This document shows positions 37,408 through 46,838 of a DNA stretch of 64,000 bases, one piece after another. Position 1 is the first letter of the stretch; each line of letters begins with the position of its first letter. This DNA comes from an uncultured delta proteobacterium. GTDB taxonomy: Bacteria; Desulfobacterota; Binatia; Binatales; Binataceae. Location: assembly GCA_963794325.1 (NCBI GenBank), contig CAWCDG010000002.1, forward strand, positions 616,143-680,142. The letters are read 5' to 3'. Both the position numbers and the translations under genes were made by a program. A model generated the notes under the pieces. The model made no database searches and had not been told where the DNA came from. It saw only the letters and a list, made by a program, of their open reading frames with translations.

Positions 37408-37800
37408 TCAGGTCTTCAGCACACGAAGGCCAAGATGGCGCTCGAAGGGATCGAAGTCGCGGTCGCAATGAAGAAGCTCATGGCCCTCGGCGATGCAGAA
37501 CGTAGCGATGATCGTATCAATGGTATTCCGGGGAGTAATGCCGCGTGCTCGGAGTGTGCGATGGTTGCGTGCAGCAGCAGTTGCTATCTCGCGACTGCCC
37601 ATAGGACGAAATTCGAGCAGCGCGAGAGCTCCCGCTACGCGCTGAAAATCAGTTTCGGACGCGAAGCCTTGCAGCACTTCCGTCATGATAAGGTCGCCGA
37701 TAAGGATCCGTGCGTTGAGTATTCGGTCGAGAGCGTCGGTCTGGTCGGTAATGCGCCCGTTGAAATAGTCGACCCAGACCGAAGAGTCGACCACAGTCAT
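37408..37800 (-). CDS. vapC: PIN-domain toxin VapC
   Basis: VVDSSVWVD, EVLQG, IDTIIA, DRDF. Confidence 0.93.
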   Translation of the reverse strand: MTVVDSSVWVDYFNGRITDQTDALDRILNARILIGDLIMTEVLQGFASETDFQRVAGALALLEFRPMGSREIATAAARNHRTLRARGITPRNTIDTIIATFCIAEGHELLHCDRDFDPFERHLGLRVLKT

Positions 37801-38006
37801 CTCCGCGGTTTGCGGTCACGGCGCATAGCTTTCAGATCGCCCTCCCAATGGACCTTGCCGCGCAGGGATCGTATGGCCTTTTCCTGTTCCTCCAAGCGCA
37901 CCATCAATTCGAGCCCTCGCTCGACTGTCTCGCGTTTAGTGGTCGCGCCCGATACGCGCATCGCGCGCTTCATCAATTGGTCGTCAATTACTATATTTGT
38001 CCGCAT
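37797..38006 (-). CDS. vapB: Antitoxin VapB
   Basis: MRTNIVIDD.L..A...TKRE.V, WEGDL..MR; ATGA overlap with vapC. Confidence 0.93.
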   Translation of the reverse strand: MRTNIVIDDQLMKRAMRVSGATTKRETVERGLELMVRLEEQEKAIRSLRGKVHWEGDLKAMRRDRKPRR

Positions 38007-38066
38007 CGGTAATCACCCGATGTGTATCGTAGCCCTGCGTGATACACACTGCAAGGTTCTACAGTG

Positions 38067-38741
38067 ATGGCTGCTGACGACGCATCGCTGGAGGCGCTGG
38101 GAAAGTATGCGCTGCGCTTTGTTAAGCCGGGGCATACGATTGGGCTGGGGACGGGGAGGGCGGCTAGTGCGTTCATCCGGGCGCTGGGAGCCAGCGGGAT
38201 CAGCGTTCGCGGAGTGCCTACTTCGAGCCCCGCCGAAGACTTGGCGCGCTCGGTGGAGATTCCGATCGTCACGCTGGCGGAGGCGGGGAAAATCGATACC
38301 GACTTCGACGGCGCTGACGAGGTCGATCCGCGGCTCAATCTGATCAAGGGATATGGCGGCGCGCTGGTGCGCGAGAAAATCGTGGCTGCATCGTCGCGGC
38401 GGTTCGTCGTGCTCGTGGGTTACGAGAAGATTGTGAAGCGGCTCGGAGAGCGGGGGAGTATCCCGGTCGAGGTGGTCCCGTTCGGCGTGCCGCTGGTGAG
38501 CGCGAAGATCAAAGCGCTCGGGATGAAACCGCGCGTTCGCGAAAATAATGGACAGCAGTTCGTCACGGACAACGGGAACGTGATTCTCGATTGTGCCGTG
38601 AAGAAGACTACGAATCCGGCGCGCCTGGATCGCGATCTGCGCGCGATTCCTGGCGTGGTCGGCACCGGGTTGTTCATTGCGATGGCGGACGTGGTGCTGG
38701 TGGCGGAAGCATCGGGGAAGATTCGCGTCCTCAAGCGTTAA
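38067..38741 (+). CDS. rpiA: Ribose-5-phosphate isomerase A
   Basis: IGLGTG, DGADEVD, IKG.GGAL.REK, TDNGN.ILD. Confidence 0.96.
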   Translation: MAADDASLEALGKYALRFVKPGHTIGLGTGRAASAFIRALGASGISVRGVPTSSPAEDLARSVEIPIVTLAEAGKIDTDFDGADEVDPRLNLIKGYGGALVREKIVAASSRRFVVLVGYEKIVKRLGERGSIPVEVVPFGVPLVSAKIKALGMKPRVRENNGQQFVTDNGNVILDCAVKKTTNPARLDRDLRAIPGVVGTGLFIAMADVVLVAEASGKIRVLKR

Positions 38742-38749
38742 CCATGCCC

Positions 38750-38858
38750 GTCATTCTGAGCGAAAGTTGCTGTAGCGAAGAATCTCGATGGACGTTCCTG
38801 CGTCCGGCGCCTGCCGGTACGCGCTGCGCGCGAGATCCTTCGCTGCGCTCAGGATGAC
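38750..38858. repeat. Family B MITE/REPIN-like element
   Basis: GTCATTCTGAGCGAAAG...GAGATCCTTCGCTGCGCTCAGGATGAC. Confidence 0.85.
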
Positions 38859-38877
38859 GGAAGAGAGCCGCGCTGCA

Positions 38878-40227
38878 GTGACTCAACAACCATCGGCGCG
38901 GGCGGACCTCGAAAAGATTTATCGTGCGGCGGTTGCGGCGGTCGATCCGGCGCGCCTCGTTGGACTCGCGATGCATGGCGATTGCCGCGGCGCGGAACGG
39001 GTTCCCGATTTGATTGCGGGTGCGTCGCGAATCCTGCTGCTGGCGGTGGGGAAAGCGTCGATCGAGATGGCCAGCGAGATTCAACGCCGAGTCGGCGACA
39101 AGCTCGCCGATGGACTCGCCATCGTGCCAAGAATCTCCGCCGCGACAACAGAGCGGGCCTTAATACTGAAAAAAAAGAAAAGAATTAGCGTCGTCGAATC
39201 GAGTCACCCTGTCCCTGATGAGTCGTCGGAGAAGGCTGCGCGCACGGCGTGCGAGATGCTGCACGGCGCGACGGCGGATGACCTGGTGATCGTCGCGGTG
39301 AGCGGTGGCGCGTCGGCGATGTTCACGATGCCGCCCGAGGGGCTGACGTTGGCGGACAAGATTGCGGTCAATCAAGCGCTGCTCAAAGCCGGAGCGTCGA
39401 TCCGCGAAGTTAATGTCGTGCGGCGGCATCTGTCGGCGGTGAAGGGCGGGCGATTGTTGCGCCATTGCGGCGGCGCGCGGGTGCTCGGCCTGATTTTGTC
39501 GGATGTGCCCGGCAACGATCTCGCGACGATCGGCTCGGGACTGACGGCGGGCGATTGGAGCATCGTCGGCGATGCGATCTCGGTGATGAAGCGGCGCAAC
39601 GTATGGGGGCGCGCGCCCGAGACGGTCCGCTCGTATCTCGAAAATGCGGTGGCGAACGAAGTCGGCCCGACGGTGAAGACCAACGATCCGATCCTTGAGC
39701 GCGTGACCAACGTGATCATTGGCGACAACGACCTGGCTCAGGAGGGGGCTGAGCGCGCCGCGGCCGCGATTGGGTATCATCCGCAGCGGTGGAAGCCGAT
39801 GCATGGAGAAGCCAACGACGTCGGCCTCACGCTCGCGGAGTATCTTAGCGAGATCACGAATGAGCGAGTATGCGTCGTGGCAGGAGGCGAGCCGGTCGTG
39901 ACGGTTCGCGGTGGCGGGAAGGGCGGACGCGCACAGCAATGCGCACTCGCGATGAGTATCGAGCTGTCGAAAATCGGACGCGGGCAATCAAAGCGAATCG
40001 CGGCGCTGTTCGCGGGCACCGACGGAATCGACGGGCCGACCGACGCCGCGGGCGCATTCGCGTCGCCAGGCACGGTCGAAGACACAGCGCGCGCGGGCGT
40101 CAGCGCCGCGACCGCATTGACGCGCAACGACGCGTACAATTTTTTCAAAGCATCGGGCGGACTGTTCATCACAGGGCCGACCGGGACCAACGTCAGCGAC
40201 ATTTTTGTCGGGCTGGTGAATTACTAA
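38878..40227 (+). CDS. Glycerate kinase type 2 (DUF4147/MOFRL)
   Basis: GKAS, HPVPD, SGGASA, KGGRL, LSDVPG, GTDGIDG, TGPTGTNV.D; start GTG 38878 or ATG 38854. Confidence 0.92.
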   Translation: MTQQPSARADLEKIYRAAVAAVDPARLVGLAMHGDCRGAERVPDLIAGASRILLLAVGKASIEMASEIQRRVGDKLADGLAIVPRISAATTERALILKKKKRISVVESSHPVPDESSEKAARTACEMLHGATADDLVIVAVSGGASAMFTMPPEGLTLADKIAVNQALLKAGASIREVNVVRRHLSAVKGGRLLRHCGGARVLGLILSDVPGNDLATIGSGLTAGDWSIVGDAISVMKRRNVWGRAPETVRSYLENAVANEVGPTVKTNDPILERVTNVIIGDNDLAQEGAERAAAAIGYHPQRWKPMHGEANDVGLTLAEYLSEITNERVCVVAGGEPVVTVRGGGKGGRAQQCALAMSIELSKIGRGQSKRIAALFAGTDGIDGPTDAAGAFASPGTVEDTARAGVSAATALTRNDAYNFFKASGGLFITGPTGTNVSDIFVGLVNY

Positions 40228-41280
40228 TTGAAGTTGAAAAAGAAAAGTCAGGCGGCGGTCTCGCAGAAAAATCACAATCGCCCGGTCACATTGATTCCGG
40301 GCGACGGAGTCGGGCCGGAGGTGGTCAGCGCGGCGCTTGCGGTGATCGACGCGACCGGAATCAAGCTCGAATGGGATCGGCAGGCGGCGGGGATGAGCGC
40401 GTTTCGGCGCTTCGGAACTCCGGTGCCCGACGCGCTGATCAAATCGCTCCGCCGCACCGGCGTTGCGCTGAAGGGGCCGCTCGAGACGCGCGTGGCGGAG
40501 GGATGGCGCTCGATCAACGTGCATCTGCGGCGCGCCTTCGACCTCTACGCCAACGTGCGCCCGACCATGAATTTCGCCGGTGTGCAGACGCCGTTCAGCA
40601 ACGTCGATCTGATCGTCGTGCGCGAGAATACCGAGGACCTCTACTCGGGTATCGAGCACGAGATCGCACCGGGCGTGGTCGAGAGCATCAAGGTGATCAC
40701 CGCGCGTGCGTCGCGGCGAATCGCGAAGTTCGCGTTCGAGTATGCGCGCCAGCGTAAGCGCAAATCGATCACCGCGATCCATAAAGCCAATATAATGAAG
40801 CTGTCGGACGGGCTGTTTCTGAAGTGCGCGCGCGCGGTATCGCAAAGCTACAAGACGATTCGGTATCAGGAGCAAATCGTCGACGCGGCATGCATGCGGC
40901 TCGTGACGCATCCGGAATCCTTCGACGTGCTGCTGCTGGAAAATCTGTACGGCGATATCGTTTCGGATTTGTGCGCGGGACTGGTCGGCGGATTGGGACT
41001 CGTGCCGGGCGCGAACTACGGCGACAAGGGCGCGATTTTCGAAGCGGTTCACGGCACGGCGCCGGATATCGCGGGCAAAGGCGTCGCAAATCCGATTGCG
41101 ATGATCCTGTCGAGTGCGATGATGCTCGACTACCTGGGGCATCGCGCAGCCGGCGACAAAATTCGCGCCGCGACCGCGTCGGTGCTGCGCGCGGGCAAAG
41201 TGCTGACCCGCGACGTCGGCGGCAAAGCCTCGACGCAGGAGGTGACGGCGGCGATCGTCAAGGCAATGTCGCGGGGTTGA
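40228..41280 (+). CDS. Isocitrate/isopropylmalate dehydrogenase family protein (NAD-IDH-like)
   Basis: IPGDGVGPE, RENTEDLY, HKANIMK, NLYGDIVSD, FEAVHGTAPDIAG. Confidence 0.92.
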   Translation: MKLKKKSQAAVSQKNHNRPVTLIPGDGVGPEVVSAALAVIDATGIKLEWDRQAAGMSAFRRFGTPVPDALIKSLRRTGVALKGPLETRVAEGWRSINVHLRRAFDLYANVRPTMNFAGVQTPFSNVDLIVVRENTEDLYSGIEHEIAPGVVESIKVITARASRRIAKFAFEYARQRKRKSITAIHKANIMKLSDGLFLKCARAVSQSYKTIRYQEQIVDAACMRLVTHPESFDVLLLENLYGDIVSDLCAGLVGGLGLVPGANYGDKGAIFEAVHGTAPDIAGKGVANPIAMILSSAMMLDYLGHRAAGDKIRAATASVLRAGKVLTRDVGGKASTQEVTAAIVKAMSRG

Positions 41281-41285
41281 GGGAG

Positions 41286-41363
41286 GGGGCAAATCACTTC
41301 ATTGAATGTGAAACCCTGCGCGGGTTTCACGCTTCCGCGGCAGGGGTGACCCCTGCACCCAGT
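41286..41363 (+). repeat. Family C repeat
   Basis: GTGAAACCCTGCGCGGGTTTCAC...GGCAGGGGTGACCCCTGCACCCAGT. Confidence 0.85.
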
Positions 41364-41415
41364 ACTAATCGCGAAATGTCGAGGACGACCTTTCGCTCGA
41401 AGGTTCCTGATTTTG

Positions 41416-41491
41416 GTGGCACAGGCTTTGGCCTGTGATTCTCTGGTCCATGCAGATCCAGGAAAGAATCACAGGCTAAAGCCTGTGCCAC
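41416..41491. repeat. Family E REP doublet
   Basis: GTGGCACAGGCTTTGGCCTGTGATTCT ... AGAATCACAGGCTAAAGCCTGTGCCAC. Confidence 0.8.
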
Positions 41492-41544
41492 GTGATCAGA
41501 TCAACCCTTCCACCAGATCTATCCGTCAGATAATAGTCAGCCGT

Positions 41545-42150
41545 ATGTCAAAACCGCTCACCTCACAGGACGATGCCGCGCGGGTTCCTCCGGGACAGAC
41601 CCTGACTGACAACTTTCCGGTTCTCACTTACGGTCCCACCCCGCATTTCGATCCTAAGACCTGGGATTTCAAAGTCGTCGGTCTGGTCGAGAAGCCGCTT
41701 CGATTTTCATACCAGGAATTCCGTGCTCTCCCGCAAACCCGTGAAGTCGCCGACTTCCATTGCGTGACGACCTGGTCGCGCCTCGACAATACGTGGGAAG
41801 GTGTTCGGGTTGCCGATCTGATGAAGCTGGTGAAGCTCAGTCCGGAAGTCCGTCACGTGATTATCCATTGCGACGGCGATTACACGACGAACCTGCCGCT
41901 GAACGAGTTTCTCGACGACGACGTCATGCTGGCGAATCGGCATGACGGGCGCGACCTCGAGCCGGATCACGGATTTCCGCTGCGCCTGATCGTGCCGAAG
42001 CTCTACGGATGGAAGAGCGCAAAGTGGGTGCGCGCGATCGAGTTCACAGATATCGATCGGCGCGGATTCTGGGAAGTTCGCGGCTATCACAATCACGCCG
42101 ACCCCTGGACCGAGGAGCGCTACTCGTTCCAGGAAGATCCCGAAGACTGA
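41545..42150 (+). CDS. Sulfite oxidase-like molybdopterin oxidoreductase (cytoplasmic)
   Basis: RVPPGQ, DFHCVTTWS, HGFPLRL.VP..YGWKSAKW, GFWE.RGYH. Confidence 0.92.
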   Translation: MSKPLTSQDDAARVPPGQTLTDNFPVLTYGPTPHFDPKTWDFKVVGLVEKPLRFSYQEFRALPQTREVADFHCVTTWSRLDNTWEGVRVADLMKLVKLSPEVRHVIIHCDGDYTTNLPLNEFLDDDVMLANRHDGRDLEPDHGFPLRLIVPKLYGWKSAKWVRAIEFTDIDRRGFWEVRGYHNHADPWTEERYSFQEDPED

Positions 42151-42163
42151 CCGGTCGGATTCG

Positions 42164-43790
42164 TTGGCCGCTACTCTTAATCGTGAGAAGAGCCTGGCGC
42201 GATTTCGCGACGAGGAATTCGATCTCGCGGTAATCGGCGCGGGCATCAATGGCGCCGCGGTCGCGCGTGACGCGTCGATGCGCGGGCTGCGGGTCGCGCT
42301 GATAGACCGCGGCGATTTCGCGGGCGGTACATCGTCGCGATCGTCGAAACTGATTCACGGCGGATTCCGCTATCTCCCGCAGGGGCAGTTCAAACTCGTG
42401 TATGAGGCATTGCGCGAGCGCGAGCGCTTGCGGCATCGCACCGCGCCTCATCTGGTGCATCCGATTCAGTTTCTGCTTCCGGTTTATAAGCGGCGCGGCT
42501 TCAATCGTTTCACCATGGCGATGGGGCTGACGCTGTACGATCTGTTCGCGCGGATGCCGTTCAAGGAATGGCACTCGAGCCTCAACCCTGCCGAAGTGCG
42601 CGAGACCGAGCCGGCGCTCAGCCGTGATGGGCTCACCGGCGGTGCGATGTACTTCGACGCGTGGGCCGACGACGCGCGCGTCACGTTCGAAAATGTGCTC
42701 GACGCAGACTTGCATGGCGCGGCGGTCGCGAACTATGCGGGGGTCGAGAGTTTCAACATGGCCGACGGCAAGATCGCGTCGGCGAAGGTGCGCGATTTGA
42801 TTGGCGGCGCCGTCTGTGAGATTCGTGCGAAGAAGTTTCTGAACGCGGCCGGGCCGTGGGTCGACGACATCCGCCGGATGGACGCATCCGGAGTCGAAGC
42901 CCTGCGTACGATTGACCAAGGGCGTCCATCTGGTGTTCGCGCGGACGGTTCTGCCGGTACGCGAATCGATTGTGCTCGCCGACGAGCACGGCCGAATCGT
43001 GTTCGTGATGCCCCATGACCGCTACGTGCTGGTGGGTACCACCGACACTGATTTTACCGGCGATCCCGCCACGGTGCGGACGGAGATTGCCGACGTCGAA
43101 TACTTGCTCGCGGTGCTGGCCGAAAGTCTGCCCGGAATCAAACTGACTAGCACCGATGTAGCGACGAGTTTTGCCGGGCTGCGCGCGCTTGTCCGAGAAG
43201 AGAAGGATTCGCCGTCGTCGGTTCCGCGCGAGGAAGTTATTTTGGAAAGTCTGTCGGGACTGATCACCGTCGCAGGGGGGAAATTCACGACGCATCGCGC
43301 GATTGCGCAGAAGCTGGTCGATCTCGTGATGAAACGCATCGGGCGTCCATCGGGTGTTTGTCCGACGCTCATGACGCCGTTTCCTGGTGCGCGCGCGCTG
43401 CCCGACGGCGACAGCTCGGGTACCAGTGCGGCGATGCGAAGTATTCCGTCAGCGGCGGCTGAGATTCTCAAAGCACGTTATGGAACGCGCGCGTCGCTCG
43501 TCGCCCGGATCGCATCGCGACGGCCCGAGCTTGCGGAGCCGCTGTCGCGCAACTGTCCCGCGATTGGCGCGGAGGTTGTGCACGCGGTCGCCAGCGAGAT
43601 GGCGCACTCGGTCGGCGATTTTCTGATTCGACGCACCTCGCTGTCGTGGCGATCCCCGGTCGAGGCGGAAGCCGCGGCGGCCACGGTCGCGCGAATCATG
43701 GCGGCCGAGCTCGGATGGGATCGCGCGCGCGAGGCTGCCGAAGCCGCCAGCTTCACGCATGAGCAGCAGAGCCGGCGCGTCGTCGCGTGA
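42164..43790 (+). CDS. glpD: FAD-dependent glycerol-3-phosphate dehydrogenase, frameshifted near 42884-42890
   Basis: IGAGING, GTSSRSSKLIHGG.RYL, NAAGPW in one frame; LTKGVHL, GTTD, GLR, GGK.TT.R in the next. Confidence 0.88.
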
Positions 43791-43796
43791 GGATTG

Positions 43797-44465
43797 ATGG
43801 CGGCGCGCGAATCGATCGCGGATCTGAAAAAGCGCGCTGCCCGAGTCTCGCGCGCGTTCGCGAAGCTGTACCCCAAAGCCCGCATCAGCCTTGATTTCAA
43901 CACGCCGTGGCAATGCCTGGCGGCGACGATCCTCTCGGCACAGTCCACCGATGTCGGCGTCAACAAGGTGACGCCGCAACTTTTCAAGGAGTATCCCGAC
44001 GCGCGATCGATGGCGACGGCGGACCCGCGGCACGTCGAGCAGTTAATCGTCAGGACGGGATTCTTTCGGCAGAAAACGCGCGCGCTGATCGGAGCAGCGA
44101 AGAAGATCGTCGAGGACTACGGCGGTGAGGTTCCATCGACGATGGTAGAGCTCGTGAAGATTCCGGGAGTGGGGCGCAAGACCGCGAATGTGATTCTCGG
44201 GCATGTCTTTGGCGAGCCGGCGTTCGTCGTCGATACGCATGTGCGGCGGCTTACGTATCGGCTGGGGTTTACTAAGCATACGGATCCGGCCGAGATTGAA
44301 ATCGATATGCAGAAGATGCTGCCGCCCAAGGATTGGACGCCGTTCTCGATGCGGCTGATCCTGCACGGGCGCCAGGTGTGTGATGCGCGCAAGCCGCTCT
44401 GCGAGATTTGCGCGATCGCCAATGATTGTCCGAGGATTGGCGTGGGGAAGGCGCGAAGAACCTAA
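43797..44465 (+). CDS. nth: Endonuclease III
   Basis: ILSAQ.TD, PGVGRKTANV, VDTHV, C-x6-C-x2-C-x5-C Fe-S motif. Confidence 0.96.
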   Translation: MAARESIADLKKRAARVSRAFAKLYPKARISLDFNTPWQCLAATILSAQSTDVGVNKVTPQLFKEYPDARSMATADPRHVEQLIVRTGFFRQKTRALIGAAKKIVEDYGGEVPSTMVELVKIPGVGRKTANVILGHVFGEPAFVVDTHVRRLTYRLGFTKHTDPAEIEIDMQKMLPPKDWTPFSMRLILHGRQVCDARKPLCEICAIANDCPRIGVGKARRT

Positions 44466-44622
44466 CCCCTAACCCCTTCCCATAGTGGGAAGGGGAACCG
44501 GAATGATGGGAGAGAGTAACCTCTTGCCGAGTGGGAAGAGGAACCGGATTGTTGGGAGTAACCGCTTCCGCGCGGGAAGGGGAACCGGATTGTGGGAGTA
44601 ACCTCTTGCCGAGCGGGAGGAT
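44459..44622. repeat. Tandem array of four family A hairpins
   Basis: Repeated TAACC.CTT.CC-N-GGGAAG.GGAACCGGA units between convergent nth and GH1 genes. Confidence 0.85.
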
Positions 44623-44635
44623 TTTTGGGCGTAGG

Positions 44636-45892
44636 TCAGTCGGTGATATCCATCGCGTTGGTGCGGGCGATGGTGCCTAGCCATTCGGCGCTGGGTTTGA
44701 TGGTGCGCTTTTGCGTGGTGCGATCCACTGCTACCAGGCCGAAGGTTGGGCGGTAGCCGGAGATCCATTCGAAGTTGTCCAGTAGTGACCAGTAGCAGTA
44801 TCCGCGGACGTCGATGCCGTCGCGGATACATCGCGCGACGCCGTTCAATGCGCGCCGAACGTACTCGATGCGGCGATCGTCTTTGTCGGTGCCAATGCCG
44901 TTCTCGGTGACGATCACCGGCACTTTGGCGATCGCGGCGGCCTGACGAATGTTTGCTTCGAGCGCTTCCGGCCAGAACTCGTAGCCCATCAAGGTCGTCT
45001 CGACGCCAGCCTCCGGGCCCAGCGTGCGGTCGGCGCTGATGCGATTGCGGGTGTAGGTCTGGACGCCGATGAAATCGTCGCCGCGCGCTGCTTCGTAGAA
45101 AATCTCCTGGCACTCCGCCTTGATGCGATCGCGACGAGCCTCGCCGCCCGGCATCGCCTGCAGGTCGCCTAGCGCGACACAGATTCCCACCGGATATTTG
45201 CCGCGCGATGATTTCAGCGCGGCGGTAGCGAGGCGATGTGCTTCGAGCATCACGTCGCGCGCCTTCATCTGATCGCACATCAGGTACGGTGCGAAGCGAT
45301 TCGGATCGGCGCCGATGCGCCGCGCCGCGTCCGCGAGCCATGGCAATCGCGACGGGTCGAGCTTCAACGGCAGCGTGCCGACGAGATATTGGTAGGCGCC
45401 GAGGTTGGCCTCGTTGATCGTGCATGCGACGCCAATCAAATCCCCCAGATGAGCGGCCGCGCGCTCGCAGTATCGGGCGAACAGTTCGGCGGTCTTTTTC
45501 TCTTCCCATCCGCCGTCGCCCGTGACCCATCTTGGCGATGTGAAATGATGAAAGGTTACGACCGGCGTGATTTTGTGCTCGTGACAGCAGGCAAGCACGC
45601 GCCGGTAATGGTCGAGTGCGGCGCGCGAGAACTCGCCGGGCTCGGGCTCGACTCGCGCCCATTCTATCGAGAAGCGGTAAGAGTTGAAGCCGAGCCGCGC
45701 AAGCATCGCGATGTCGTCGGCATACAGATGATACTGGTCGCATGCGTCGCCCGACGGCTCGACGAACGGCGAACCGGGCGTGTGCTCGAGCACCCAATAA
45801 TCGCAATTGAGGTTGTTGCCCTCGACCTGGTGGGCGGCAGTCGCGGTGCCCCAAAGAAAATTGTCGGGAAAAGTGAAACGTTCAGTTGGCAT
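44636..45892 (-). CDS. Glycoside hydrolase family 1 (beta-glucosidase)
   Basis: FLWGTATAAHQVEG, YRFSIEWAR, TINE, VTENG, WSLLDNFEW. Confidence 0.95.
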   Translation of the reverse strand: MPTERFTFPDNFLWGTATAAHQVEGNNLNCDYWVLEHTPGSPFVEPSGDACDQYHLYADDIAMLARLGFNSYRFSIEWARVEPEPGEFSRAALDHYRRVLACCHEHKITPVVTFHHFTSPRWVTGDGGWEEKKTAELFARYCERAAAHLGDLIGVACTINEANLGAYQYLVGTLPLKLDPSRLPWLADAARRIGADPNRFAPYLMCDQMKARDVMLEAHRLATAALKSSRGKYPVGICVALGDLQAMPGGEARRDRIKAECQEIFYEAARGDDFIGVQTYTRNRISADRTLGPEAGVETTLMGYEFWPEALEANIRQAAAIAKVPVIVTENGIGTDKDDRRIEYVRRALNGVARCIRDGIDVRGYCYWSLLDNFEWISGYRPTFGLVAVDRTTQKRTIKPSAEWLGTIARTNAMDITD

Positions 45893-46043
45893 CTGAATTT
45901 ACCCTCGACCACGAAAACGAAAACGAATATCCTTCCGACGCTACAGCTAAAATCGCGACTCCGCCAACCCGATGTATTTGAACATCGCCGCCGAAATGCA
46001 ATAATTCGCGTTCCGCTACTGCGTCCCAGGCGTGTCGTGAGCA

Positions 46044-46080
46044 GTGAAAAAGTGAAAAATGAAAAAGTGAAAAGTGAAAA
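46044..46080 (+). repeat. AT-rich short tandem repeat of (G/A)TGAAAA(A) units
   Basis: GTGAAAAAGTGAAAAATGAAAAAGTGAAAAGTGAAAA; last unit holds the yceD GTG. Confidence 0.75.
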
Positions 46081-46607
46081 TCCGAATCGAGGACATAACG
46101 GCCGATGCCAAGGATTTGGCGTTCGCCGAGCCTGAGCAGGAAATAAACCGTATCCTGGGCGAAGGGCCGATCCGCGAGTATCACTTGGAAGGGCCGGTCG
46201 ACGTGTCGGTGTCATTCTATCGCGCGGGCACCGAGCTGTTTTTCGAGGGCAAGCTCAAGACGCGGACCGGTGCGGTCTGTGCGCGATGTGCCGAGGATTT
46301 CGATGCGGCCGGCGACCGTCCGTTCCGGTTCGTGCTGTCGCCCAAGTCGATCGGATATGACGACGACAATCTTCGCGCCGAGGATTTGGAATTTTCGCTG
46401 TACGAGGGCGACGAGGTAGATCTGGGCCCACTGATTCGCGAGCAAGTCCTGCTCGCATTGCCGACGCGACCGCTGTGCCAGGATGATTGCCGCGGTCTGT
46501 GCCCGCATTGCGGGTTGAATCTGAATCGCAATACGTGCGACTGCCGCGTGGAAATCGTCGATCCGCGGCTGGAAGCAATTCGGTCGCTTAAACTGCCGCG
46601 CACCTGA
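46074..46607 (+). CDS. yceD: YceD/DUF177 family protein
   Basis: CARC, LIREQVLLALP..PLC..DCRGLC..CG.NLN, DPR; upstream of rpmF. Confidence 0.93.
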   Translation: MKIRIEDITADAKDLAFAEPEQEINRILGEGPIREYHLEGPVDVSVSFYRAGTELFFEGKLKTRTGAVCARCAEDFDAAGDRPFRFVLSPKSIGYDDDNLRAEDLEFSLYEGDEVDLGPLIREQVLLALPTRPLCQDDCRGLCPHCGLNLNRNTCDCRVEIVDPRLEAIRSLKLPRT

Positions 46608-46641
46608 TAAGCTCAACCTCAACATTAGGAAGTAATCCGTC

Positions 46642-46821
46642 ATGCAAGCACCCAAACGCCGAAGTTCGCACTCGAAGAAAAATATGCGCCGCGCGCATGA
46701 TGCACTCCGCGCCGTCAACCCGGGCACCTGCGGGTCGTGCGGCGAGCCCGTGATGCCGCATCGAATCTGCCGTCATTGCGGCGCCTACCGCGGCCGCCAG
46801 CTGGCCGAAGTCAAGGAATAG
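46642..46821 (+). CDS. rpmF: 50S ribosomal protein L32
   Basis: Manual translation MQAPKRRSSHSKKNMRRAHDAL...CGSCGE..PHRICRHCGAY (59 aa, not in ORF track). Confidence 0.96.
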   Translation: MQAPKRRSSHSKKNMRRAHDALRAVNPGTCGSCGEPVMPHRICRHCGAYRGRQLAEVKE

Positions 46822-46838
46822 GCGCTCGGAGCACTGCC

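Noticed and set aside
37330-38067. 245-aa plus-strand ORF starting MFHVKR
   Set aside because: Antisense to vapBC; its start is simply the parS palindrome translated.
39169-39183. A-rich run in the glycerate kinase gene as a slippage or phase-variation site
   Set aside because: Frame is intact and the run encodes a Lys-rich loop; no evidence of variation.
44459-44622. Possible CRISPR array
   Set aside because: Degenerate tandem family A hairpins without unique spacers.
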